Source of the DNA: Antedon mediterranea
Taxonomy: Eukaryota; Animalia; Echinodermata
Direction: 5' to 3'
Length of the DNA stretch: 64,000 nucleotides
Assembly (NCBI RefSeq): GCF_964355755.1
Contig: NC_092670.1
Span: forward strand, 14,122,795 to 14,186,794
In this document: positions 1-12,158 of the stretch, piece after piece
Position numbering within the stretch: the stretch's first letter is position 1
Layout of the letters: each line of letters opens with the position of its first letter
Notes under the pieces: model-generated
Databases searched by the model: none
What the model was told of the DNA's origin: nothing
What the model saw: only the letters and a program-made list of their open reading frames with translations
Program-made: the position numbers and the translations under genes

Positions 1-1761
1 GGGACCCAAAACGTGTCCCCTTAATAGAGGTATCCTCTGATTAGCCGTTTTTTAAACAAAACATTTAATACATAATATTCTCTTGAGAGTGTCCCCTGAA
101 TAGAGTTGTTATTGTCACAAGGGAGATGTTTGAATGTTTTGTATGAATTTAAACTAGTATTTCTGTATTAAAAGTTCTACGAACATAATGTTGAGTAACG
201 GAGTGGTGTTCATTATAAATATAGTTAATTCAAATTATTGTGTGTATTGTAACGACCGTACAGAATGAGTCAACTATACCCCTATTGTTATTATTAGCAG
301 CACAAACCTTCCGCCCTTCGCACTATGAAATGCCTGATCGATGCTGAGCTTGTTGTCATTTTTTACCTTCAAAGGCCTGGTCGATATTATAAAGTAATAC
401 CACGAGTATCATTTGGAAATATCAAAACAAAAATATAATATGCGGTGACTGTAAATCAATATCTATGCTTGGCATACTCTACAAAAAATAAATTAAATTA
501 TGAATTTTGATTACATAAACATTGTTGAGTTTTAAATTCATTTTGCTGACGGCAAAATTAGAATTCGATTTATGTTAGTGATGTTGAGTGGAGTAGGATT
601 GGCTAAGGCAGGGGAGCCACAAACACCCAATGTCAGCCCACGTCCTCATCCCGATATCAGTCTTTTGTGTCCTCAATAAACAAAGTGTCTTAGGCTTTCG
701 GAAAGAGTGTCTTAGGATTTCGGAAAGAGAGGGTACTGTACGTACCCCGGTGTTTTTGTAGCCCCTATTGTTAATCGATATTGAGGTATATACTATTTTA
801 ATATAATCATCATTATCGTTCTATGCAGAACCTAATTTCAGTATAGTCTGCGATGTCTATGATAATCTGCAATGGAGCTGCGATCAGGGAGGCCTATACA
901 CAATCACTTTGATTACGAAAACCACGATAACGGTCCCAATCAGACGAAACCCGCACGATTTGACGAATCCACCATCTCTAATCGTAAACATTTTTTTAAT
1001 TCAATCTAAAAGATTGATATTTTAATCTTTTGCTATAATGTTAAATCAAGACCCCTACATGACTTTGGATTGATAATCGAAAAAAAGTAATGATATCACA
1101 TTAGGCCTACTGTGATACCATTCCTTTCAGTGTACTAGTTATAATTCGGGTTGTTATTTCCTTGTCAATGTTATTGTTCATGAATTCTGTCAGAAATTAT
1201 TATTATTTTCTATTTAAAAAATAACAATAAATGATAATGTACATGGTTTTCTAGTTAGTCGATCGATGGTTTCACATAATTTCCCCTTCGTATTTGGTTT
1301 CCAACATTTCGTGTAACTTCTGTTCTGAATTAAAAAAAAACAGAATGATTTAGATTTGGATCGCAGCAGTTGCCATGTATTTCCTTAAAAACAATTTTGA
1401 CAGATCATTGACGTTTACAGAATTTGCGATAATAGAATAGAAACATCGTTATGTTCATTCCTTTTAGTTATAAAGGGTTATTGTACTTGGGAGTAACAGT
1501 ACCCGAATTTAGCATTCAATCAATAGGTTTAAATTCAATCGAAAGCAACTGTAGGAAAAACTAAAAATAACTTTTATAGAATTTTAACGTAGGCTCTAAT
1601 ACACAACTTCTTTCATATCTGCGGTAAGAACAATATGCAGAAGAAAAATTGATGAATTTAGAATACAGTATTAGGCCTTATCGTATTTTGTAACCCATAT
1701 TAAGGAGACACTTTCGGGATCATACAAAGTGTCTCCCGTAATGTTTCATGATAGTCTTAGT

Positions 1762-2573
1762 GTAAAAATATGTATTCCTCCTTTGATTCACATAGGAAAG
1801 TGTCGCCTTTAATAGGAGTGTGGCCTGAATAGGGTTTGGCCGTGTTAAAATATGTATTCCTCCTTTGATTCACATAGGAAAGTGTCGCCTTTAATAGGAG
1901 TGTGCCCTGAATAAGGTTTGGCCGTGTTAAAATATGTATTCCTCCTTTGATTCACATAGGAAAGTATCGCCTTTAATAGGAGTGTGCCCTGAATAGGGTT
2001 TTGCCGTGTTAAAACATGTATTCCTCCTTTGATTCACATAGGAAAGTGTCGCCTTTAATAGGAGTGTGCCCTGAATAGGGTTTGGCCGTGTTAAAATATG
2101 TATTCCTCCTTTGATTCACATAGGAAAGTGTCGCCTTTAATAGGAGTGTGCCCTGAATAGGGTTTGGCCGTGTTAAAATATGTATTCCTCGTTTCACACA
2201 GGGAAGTGTCACCTTCAGGTGTGTGCCCTGAATGGGGATTGCCCGTGTTAAATTATGTATTCCTCCTTTGATTCACATAGGAAAGTGTCGCCTTTAATAG
2301 GAGTGTGCCCTGAATAGGGTTTGGCCGTGTTAAATTATGTATTCCTCCTTTGATTCACATAGGAAAGTGTCGCCTTTAATAGGAGTGTGCCCTGAATTGG
2401 GTTTGGCCGTGTTAAAATATGTATTCCTCCTTTGATTCACATAGGAAAGTGTCGCCTTTAATAGGAGTGTGCCCTGAATAGGGTTTGGCCGTGTTAAAAT
2501 ATGTATTCCTCGTTTCACACAGGGAAGTGTCACCTTCAGGTGTGTGCCCTGAATGGGGATTCCCCGTGTTAAA
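1762..2573. repeat. 82-bp minisatellite, ~10 copies, with a 321-bp higher-order duplication
   Basis: Unit aaaatatgtattcctcctttgattcacataggaaagtgtcgcctttaataggagtgtgccctgaatagggtttggccgtgtt. A shorter variant unit (cgtttcacacaggg) recurs 321 bp apart. Confidence 0.95.
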
Positions 2574-4841
2574 ACATTATTAAACGATTGTGTGCAATAA
2601 ATAATTCCCTTTTACTGATGATAATAGTGCATGTAACGTTATGATTGGATAACTAAATACCAATACAATAATACACATTACGAAACTAAAGCTAATTCTA
2701 TTAAAATATTGTAATATTATAATTTGTAATTTGTATGACTATACCTGTATATAGAACAATAATTGTATTACTCGCTTTCTAACCTTAGCATTTCAGTCAT
2801 GCGGCAATTTTAATTGTTAAAAGATGACAATTGATCATTGCAAAAATAAGAGTTGTTGTTGGTGGTGAGAGTTGTTATGCCTAGTAGCATTAATACTGTT
2901 GTCATTGCATCCATGGAACATGTTCTTCTGCGAAGTAGATAAAAAATACCAATGTAAAATAATTAATCAATTTTAGCCTATATAACGTCTGTTTTAAAAT
3001 GTCGGTATAGATATCATCATATTTTGGTAGAAATACTCAATTCAACACGTTTGTTAACGCCTAAATAAAGAACATGTACAGAGGTCTTACCACGGGGGAA
3101 ACAATTAAATCCCTCCGTGGTCTAACAGTATAATTAGACCTGAATTACTTGTGCTACTAAGCTCCACTGTGACACAACACACATCACAAGCGAAAGATCA
3201 TCCGAACTTTCACTTGAGTAGTGCCCAACCGTCAAATCTTGTGAGAGCATTTTTCAACAAAAATATTTGCAACATCTGATGGGAAATTTGAATTTCATCA
3301 ATGTTACGTTAAGACGATGAAAACACTATAGGTACAGGAATAATGCAATGCTGATCGTGTAATGGCTCCTCGTTAAACCTATACAATTAGAAGTGTATCG
3401 TTCTTGCATAACTTCCATATCACATAATAACAAATTGCACAATTATCATAAAGGGTAAATTATGAACACAAATGGACACAACTATAACGGTGTTGTATAA
3501 CAGTGCAGACAATTGTTCGCTTTCATTTTCAGGCCGTATTAATATTTACCGTAGCTGATCGTAAACCGTGTTTTTCATTTGTATAGTGTAATGCTTTATA
3601 CTAACTCGTAGTTAATTGCTTCATGTCATGTTTAAAAGGTAAACTGAACCGAAGATAAAAGCAGTCATTATCCGTGTGATTCAGATCCAAGCTTTTAAAA
3701 AGGCCGGCCTAAAAGCATTGGTGATGTTGACCTAATGTTTTATTATTTTTAGGAGGCCGGACGCGATATTTCTCCAAATGACTTTCAAAGAAAATATGTA
3801 TATCATAGGGTAGACCTAGTTCAATGATGTTTAGCAATTAAGATATTTGGTTGAATTCTGAGGAACAGAAGCCCTCGTTTCAAAACCCATCGATTTGTAA
3901 AGCACTAACATTGGAGTTACCATGCTGAACTCATATTCATACAAATATTACAATTTAGTATTACCATATCCATTGCGTTTTATTGTCTCACTAATCTATG
4001 TATGCCACCGATGAAAAGTTGTGGATTGATTGAATTAATTGATTGATTGATTTAATTATTATGATTGATATATTGTGATTTTTTTATCAGCTACTTTGGG
4101 ACTCTCATGATACACCTTAAGTTTATGCTTTCGCTTTTTTTTGTATTGGGTAAATTTTGTATTGTAATGAGTTAACGAACAATGTAGGTTATATTGCTCT
4201 CAAACTCTGTGCTTTTAAAAATACTGTTTGCTTGGGATGTTTAACTTGTGTGATGTTGGCCTATTCTTTAGAATTGTCAATTGTACTTTGTTGATTTACT
4301 CATGAAGTAAGGGCGAGCACTCACTGGCTTTTCAATGCTGTTGTTTATTCTTTTCAACAGTATAACAAATAAGATTGTCTACTGACTGGTTGCCACACTG
4401 TCAGGTCGTGTGAATTGAACATATTATAATTCGGTATTGCGAGAAGGTAGAACCTTAGACATAGGTCTACTCATCATTGATATTTTTTATTTATCATCAA
4501 GACGTATATGATACAGTAGGATATAATAATTAGCTGATCTTCAGTTTTAATTACATGGATTGTTACCCTGGCTGTTACCGTACTTGTTGGTGATTACGCA
4601 TACTCTTTATTTCTTTTTATTCGTGTAAAAACATATAAAGCAAACGGCGCCGTTTTCTGTTACGTGAAACGAACAAGACATGTACTGTTCATTTTAAATT
4701 TTTCGTAGCCTATTATAATGTAATGGTCGATGGACATCACAACGCTCAATTTGTATCATTAAAGTTCGTTAAATTATTCTAATTTATTTTTTGCAGGTTT
4801 ATAATCCAGGTTATGCCATAAACGGACACGCTAGAGGAATA

Positions 4842-7800
4842 ATGGATTCCCGTGGCTTTGCAATTCCTTATGTGGACAATGGCGGCCCAGCAGTGTTTTC
4901 ATCAAACTCAAGTCACGTACAACGTAACAGTTATCGACAGCCACTTAGATCATCTTATACACGTTCATATCAACTACATCCTACCATTCCAGAGGTGCTA
5001 CCCCCTTCAACACCACCGCCGCCACCACCACTTCCACCACTGAGATCAAATTTCCATCCAACAAGAAACCTTTATAAACCAGTATCAATAAAAAGACCAT
5101 CAGTGAAACAGCAACGACAACCACCAGCGCCGCCGCCACCACCACCTCCGCCTACAACAATGGCTTACATCCATCCGTTACCATCCCCTCGGTCAATGAC
5201 ACACCCAACCCAACCACCACCTCCACCTCCGGAATCATCATTATCATCATCATCCTCGACGACTAACGAAGACCAACATAGGAGTATGGAAGACATGATT
5301 GACGCGGCTGGCCCACCTGACTACGACTCAGATAGTGATAATGCTGAGGAGTCAGACGAAGGAGACGATAACAATGAAAGTTCAACCAATCGGGATAGTG
5401 AAGTTGAAGATACTCCGTCTGAACGCGTAGAACAAGAAACTGAAACTCAGACGCAGAATTTTAGCGATGATGAAAACGATGATGGGAATGATGACAGTGG
5501 TAATGATCAAAATGATTTTGACAATGACGAAAACGATGACAGAAATGAAGAAGGCAGTGGAATAGACCAAAATGAAGGAGAACAGACGGTAATCACCCAT
5601 GATGCTGGAGTTGGTACTGACGATATCGACAGGCCGCCATCCCGCCATGTAACCATTCACGAGAATCATAATGATCTTGGCTGGCAACGAAGAAGCCAAC
5701 GCAGTCAGATGGAATGGGATGAGGTCGAAGCTCCTTGGGCAAGACTTTCCGGTAGACAACTGTCTGGCAAGAGGTTTCGAGACGATAGGCAGCACCCTCG
5801 ATACTTACCACCACCAAGAAAGGAACCTAGGGTTGAAGATAGATCTAAACACCGACGTGAAAACCATTACCATGTACATGAAAGTTCCCGCAATGGCAAC
5901 ATCGTTGACCCACGGCTACCGATTATAAATTCAGTTTATTCGAGGCCTTATCCCGATAACGGCGTACATAAAAAAAGGAACAAGCCACGAGCTATGTACT
6001 ACGATAACCCTCAATTCATCAATGAACGTACTATTCGTTATGAACCTCGACAAACGTATATTCCACCACAAAATGAGATGATGTACCAGCAGCAAAGACG
6101 TCTCGTGGACACCAGACGTAAACCAAAGAAAGAGAAGTCAACGTTAGCAGCTTGTACCGGATGTTGCGTCATTATGCTCTTGACGTTTGCCTTTCTGGTT
6201 CTGGTTGCTCTTTGTGCCGTTCTTGCGTACTATTATGTGGGTAAGTAAAATGAAAATTGAAAATATTTTTTAAGAAAATGTGATACCCAATTGTTGTGTG
6301 TGACGAGTGTGTATACATGAAGGATCCCCCACAGTTTATCGAACACACACCCCAAGCCTATGTCATGTTACTCTACATTGTCTACTTTTAACTTCGCCTG
6401 TATCATAATTATCTAACTTCAAGTTTACTGTTTTCTTTTCCAGTTTTTGATGAAAACACAACGAACCGTAAGTAGGCCTATACTAAATAATACCTCATTC
6501 TACAGTTATTAAGATCTGTCTACACGATCAAACTTGTTTTGTCAAATTTGATAGTGTAGACAGAGCTTGTCGTGAAACAGTTTTATGTGTGCGGTTTCCA
6601 AAAAAATGTGGTCATTTCTTGAATGTGATTCCTGACAACAAGTTGAGAGTTATCATATCCTCAATAAAACACTTACGCTCTATTGATTCATGTGGTGCCA
6701 CGCCGTATAAAGTATATTCTGTGAGAGCGAGTTTAAAATTATTCAAAAATGCATTTAAAAATCAAAATACATTATAATTATTTCAAACAATCAATTTTCT
6801 GTATGATCAAATACGGGAGTGGCAAGTAAAGAAAATATTTTACTTTTATTGTTAATTGTTGAGTTATTTGATATGTATTATATCATTGGTGTTATATTTC
6901 GTAAAGCATACAAATGACGCAAGGTACGATATTTACACAGTGTGAAACTGCATTCGTACCCATTTAAATGTCTTTAAGTTCTACTTCAGACTACGGTTTT
7001 ATAATTAATCGATATTTTTACCCTGTCCAATTTTATTTTCATCCTATCAAGCTCTTTTATTACGATATTAAGGTTCATTCTTATTTTGCTATGTACTATA
7101 CCGATCAGAATTAATATAATGTGTGTGTGTGTGTGTCGACTAGCTGCTGGCAACTCCCCTTTCCTATGAGGAGCCATAAGCAGCAAAAGTGTGGGTCTGG
7201 CATACACTCTTGCTATTTGAAAAATTGATCAGTTAATGCAAAAGAATAATATGTTTATAATGTGTAATTGTTGAGTACAGTTATATTATGTTTATTCTGT
7301 TATTATATATTATTATTATTATTATATACTGTTATACTTATTTAACTTCTATTTAATTTAATTTCTAACTTCTTCTCTTTAGATCCTTGCAGTAGTCGAC
7401 CCAGTGTTGAGAATGGACGATACGCGGATGCCTCGGCATCAGCGACGAATACGGTTGGAGATCAACACGTATTCGAGTGCAACAACGGATATTCCACTGA
7501 CCCGGACCCACCATTCATAACGTGTGAAAGTGACTTAACTTGGGATTATAAACCACTATGCATAAGTATGTTAAAATTATCATAGTGAACATCAATTACA
7601 ATTTGTTTTATCCATATACATATATTTTTTATATGCAACATTGGATCGGAAAATTACTAATAGCCTCGAATTTGAAACACAATGGAATCGATACATGTAA
7701 ATGTTACCATTGATATCCTTATACATGGAAGATGGTACGTATAGGCCTTACTAATAGTAAAGTTGGCCTAAAGTTAAATTGTGTGTGTCTTTTGGGGCCT

Positions 7801-8437
7801 TGAAAAACTCGGAAACTTGGTACATCCAGAAAGATTCTCTGGTACTGAAAGCTTAACATAGGTTTTACCAAGTGTTAAGTATAAAGTAGAGATCATGAAT
7901 AATATATCACATTACTTATGGTATCTTGGCTTATACTCAAGCTTTCAGAATATTAGTTTTCATTTTTATTTGACATTTATTTTCCTTTTCTAGTACCAAA
8001 TGATGACTTATCGAATGAAGAAATCGGACTTCTAGCAGGTGAGAATAATTCTACGGCAAATTCCTTCATTGTTCTCTACAGTGGCGGATTTTAAGGTTCA
8101 AACTACCATTCCTTCCCTATGTGTGTAGTTTATAGATCTTATTTGTCACTACTTATATTTAGGCCTTTAAAGCCCTGTCTACACTATCAAACGTTATGCG
8201 ACAGTATGTATAGACCAAGCGCCATCGCCACATCTTCGTTATTTGATGCCTTTCCAGTGCAAATATTCGTCGTGAATAGAATGTGTTTAACAGTGCATTA
8301 AATTGTAATAAATACTTTCTTCTTTTCATATAGGTGCAATTGGAGCTGGTGTTCTCGCACTCTTATTTTTAATCATTATGATACTCATGACTTGCGTGAA
8401 TCTATTTTCTTCCCGGAATGATCAGTACAAAATTTAA
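4842..8437 (+). CDS. Spliced gene: Pro-rich/acidic N-terminus, TM1, single Sushi (CCP) domain, TM2, short tail. Coding exons 4842-6240, 6444-6467, 7383-7565, 7994-8038, 8334-8437
   Basis: Acceptor ttgcag at 4796, first in-frame ATG 4842 (upstream coding exons cannot be excluded). All introns are GT-AG and phase 1, and the frame stays open. Exon 7383-7565 translates PCSSRPSVENG...VGDQHVFECNNGY...ITCESDLTWDYKPLC (CCP 4-Cys+Trp pattern). Hydrophobic stretches: CCVIMLLTFAFLVLVALCAVLAYYYV and IGLLAGAIGAGVLALLFLIIMILMTCV. Stop TAA 8435-8437, donor after 8445, probable 3'UTR exon from 8882. Confidence 0.85.
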
Positions 8438-8671
8438 CTTAAATGGTAAGAGATTAGGCCTAATCATTTTATCAACCTAATTTAAACCATGAATTTACTC
8501 AAACTAAAGTTTAACTACTGAGAAATAGTTTTCGTCATCCGGAAGCAGTGTAATCGGTCAGGTGTTTGCCCATACTCTGACGTAATTTTAATTGAAAAAA
8601 AGAGAAAATGGTTCTCTGCTGGTGAGAAATCTAACCCATGACCACCAGAAAACTATCCTGAGTTTCTAGAC

Positions 8672-8740
8672 GTCTTAGACCCCATTTACACTTACCATTT
8701 AGGGCGGCCTAGCAACAAAAGTGTAAATGGGGTCTAAGAC
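8672..8740. repeat. Perfect 22-bp inverted repeat with 25-nt spacer (tiny MITE/hairpin)
   Basis: gtcttagaccccatttacactt / aagtgtaaatggggtctaagac. Confidence 0.8.
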
Positions 8741-10143
8741 AGCGAATGGTTAATGTGATTCGAGCCCAATGAGAAGGATGCAGCGGGTGATGATAATTTT
8801 ACTGGAGTTTCAAACTATATCATGGCACACCATTTGGTTTAATCCTTATCTTTGCATTAATAATGTCGTTTTTGTCCACAGGAGTGACGTAGGCTATATG
8901 CTGTTTCAACTCTGATGCAACTCAAAATCTGAATACAGCTGAGAAGAAGAAGACACTTTTTGAATTTTAAATTTTAGTAGTAAACAATCTTGCAATAACG
9001 CAAGATTAGGACAAACTACTACTATACGCACAACAATCGTTGAAGATTATGAACATCAAGAGACTATTCAATTATACCAAGGCTATCTACTATTCTCTTG
9101 ATACCTTGAAGGAGGTACCCGATGTAATTGTATACGTTTGACGGCAAAAATAACACTGGTTTTGTTTGTTATATACAGGAGTCTTCCAGAATAGTAATTA
9201 GACCTTTTCATGATTCAAGAAATATTTATAGATTGAGAATATATATAATAGTTTTATTTTGTGACGTCATTTTGATACAATTCGGTACAATTACGTCATC
9301 AAAGGCCAATGACTTGTTTTTATATTGTACTAAATGTTTGTATAGAGACCGAATTTTATTAATGAAATGTTTATTTGAATGTATACCTCTCATACGTATT
9401 TGTCATATTAAATACTTTTATAGCTATATTTATAGATATTTAATCAAAGCAAAATGTCATTATTGGTTTAAATAATTCTTACGTTACTACTTCGATCCGG
9501 GATTTTTGGAGGATTGTGGTTTAGTGTGCAGGCCACACAATAGCCTTTAGAACCCTGCAAAGGAACTTAAAGTTTCATTAAGCCAGAGAGTTGTACAACT
9601 CCCTGATTAAGCTATCTCTATTTGGTGAAAGTGGGATTAAATTGAAGGTGTGTGACGTGTGTGTTTTAAGTAAATAGGCCTACTCTTTTGGCAACAGCAT
9701 CAGAGCACCGACGAGTCAAGAAGACGTTTCGTCGGACCTCGTCGATCGTACGGAGGCTGTCTGAGTTTGCCTTTAACATGAGAACTTAGGCCTACTATAA
9801 ATTAGGCCTAAATAATTAATAGTTCCTTTTCATAAAAGATGAGAAACTCCCTCCACCTATTTTTACCCTATGTTTTCTTCATTTGTTTTCTTGATGTATT
9901 ATAATATGTTCAGTTTAAAGTTTTATAACATAGAATTTAAAACGATAGCAACAAATATAAAATGCTATTTTTATATCATAAATTTATTGACATTTTTTAT
10001 GACTTTTTACATAGTAGTTTCATCAATAATGTTGATGAGATTTTGATAATATAATTCATGGCAGCTATATGTCAATTATTGGTCATTATTTTTATATTTT
10101 TTTTATATTTTATTCAATCAAATTAATTAATTATTGGTCATTA

Positions 10144-11403
10144 GGCCAAATAAAAAAAAATACTTGTTAAGCGTCACACCCTCATAAATTTTCAGGGGCG
10201 GGGGGACGGTTTTTTTTTTTTTTTTTTACTTTTTATGGAGGTATAATTTTGTGCGATGGACGTTTTGGCCCACTTTTTTTTAGGACGAAACGTCAAACTT
10301 TTAAAATGCGAAACAGAACAAAATTGACTATGTATGAAATATTATTGCCGATGACAAAATTGAGTTTTGTATTGTTTATATCCAGACGTAATTAAAACAT
10401 TAAATTTAATTGCCACCGAGCGAAATTGTAGGCCCTAGGCTAATCCGTCCAAGCTGCCACCCCCGCCTCACTCACTCGTCCGCCGTCTCTCGCTCGACTC
10501 ATCTATCCAGGAAATTCCCTATCGCGAGAAGCATGATGTTGGTCTCAATAATACTAAATAGTGGGCTGATTTTGAAAACAGCTTACGGCATTTCTTAAGT
10601 GAATTTTTATTCAACGTATTCATTCTTCTTTGATGAATCCTTTGCCAATTGCTGTGTAAATCAGTATTTAAAGTTGTGATGCGAAAAGTGTGTGTAATTA
10701 TTCCACACAGGTAAACCAGGCATAAGAAAACGCATCGCCGGGCCCATCGCCCAACAGGACCTCGTGGCGTGCCGATCTCGAGCGCGAGATCATCGTAAAC
10801 AAAATTGGTAGAGCCCATTATGTATGGGGTGTTTCCTATTTACGAACCTATAAAAAACGCGCCTCGACCACTGTGTAGGCAAAATATTTATTTCGTTAAA
10901 TCCCTAAATTGATAATCGTGTATTCTGTAATCACGTGACTGATGATGTAATCCTCAGCGACGTACTAAATGCACGTGATTTAATGTGTTGGGGAAAAAGC
11001 CTGCTGTTTACCACATTACATGATTCGCGGTGCTATTCGCGTTTCCTTGACGTAAATCGGCGGCGTGTAAATGAAACAATTGTTTTCACCAAATTGCCGT
11101 TGTCGACAAAGAGCGATCGGTGGCTAGCTAGCGTGGCTAAGCTAAGAAGTACGTATTTTTCAAAAATTACACCAGCCTAGCAAACATTTGCTAGTTTTTT
11201 GAAATTTTCAACTAGCAATTATGAAGAATCTACTAGCAAAATGCTAGTTGCTAGCGTGAATTTTGAGCCCTGCTCTGGAGCTGGGCCGGGCCGCTGAACT
11301 TTCCGTTATATATGGGTAAAAAAAAAAAAAAAATAAAAAGAGAGGCGGCTGGATAATCAGGAGCGGGCGGTGACGCTTAACAAGTATGTTTTTTTATTTG
11401 GCC
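10144..11403. mobile_element. Non-autonomous PIF/Harbinger-like DNA transposon (1260 bp)
   Basis: ~33-bp TIRs, ggccaaataaaaaaaaatacttgttaagcgtcac and gtgacgcttaacaagtatgtttttttatttggcc, flanked by a TTA duplication (10141-10143, 11404-11406). The interior is more GC/CpG-rich and has no transposase. Confidence 0.8.
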
Positions 11404-11906
11404 TTATTTTAACGTGGTGACATGAGGATTTATTGTATATGCCCCACAATTAAACCAATTTGTTGTATTTTTATCATATATGAGTGAATTATAGGAAAAT
11501 ATTGAGAGTTTTATAATATTTAGTATTTTTTAAATAAATCAATTTTGTACAAAAGATGGGAAACGTTTATTGAGCTTTTTTTTAAACGAAACAATACATA
11601 TGACGAAACAATCTACAATTTAGCTAAAATATAGAATTAAATATGAACAAACAAAAGTACATCAAAATGCACATGCTGACTATTAATAATTTTTAATTAT
11701 TATTGAATACTTTAATTAGACACATTGTGATTTCTCACAGATTTCCTCATCTTTTTCTTTGTTAATTAATTATATTAATGTTACGCCATTACATAACTTA
11801 CAGCATATACTCTGTTCTACAAAGGCAAATCATAAAATATTAAAAAATGTAGGCCTATAATTAATCTAATAGATGTTGTTAATCAAGATTTTTGTGGAAT
11901 GTAACA

Positions 11907-11922
11907 CTGCCACCTAGCAGTC
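11907..11922. promoter_or_regulatory. CTCF-like motif in the CpG-rich putative GLS promoter
   Basis: ctgccacctagcag resembles the CTCF core TGCCACCTAGTGG. It lies ~240 bp upstream of the ATG, next to a CpG-rich patch (11950-12000). Motif match only. Confidence 0.3.
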
Positions 11923-12158
11923 GGGGGAGAGAGATGAGGGAGATTTCTCTCCCCGGCGCGAGAGGGAATCATCGAAAAACGTGCGAGTCGTCGTCGCGAG
12001 AAAGAAAGCTGGGAAGATTTTTGCGTGCAATATGTGTATAAAACAGTCAATTTAAAAGCCTCCATACAATAAATATACTATATTTAATTAGAGTAACTCA
12101 AGAAAGTATTTGCGTATTAAAATCTATTTCAGGTACATAGTCAAACAGCACTGGTGCC

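Noticed and set aside
2009-2533. Duplicated 67-aa ORFs
   Set aside because: By-products of the 82-bp minisatellite and its 321-bp higher-order repeat.
4791-6248. Single-exon 485-aa gene as in the ORF track
   Set aside because: The start is the TTG inside a splice acceptor, and the stop lies beyond a GTAAGT donor at 6241. It is one exon of a spliced gene.
11225-11272. hAT-like right end (..ttttgagccctg) nested in the Harbinger-like element
   Set aside because: No matching cagggctc left end or 8-bp TSD was found.
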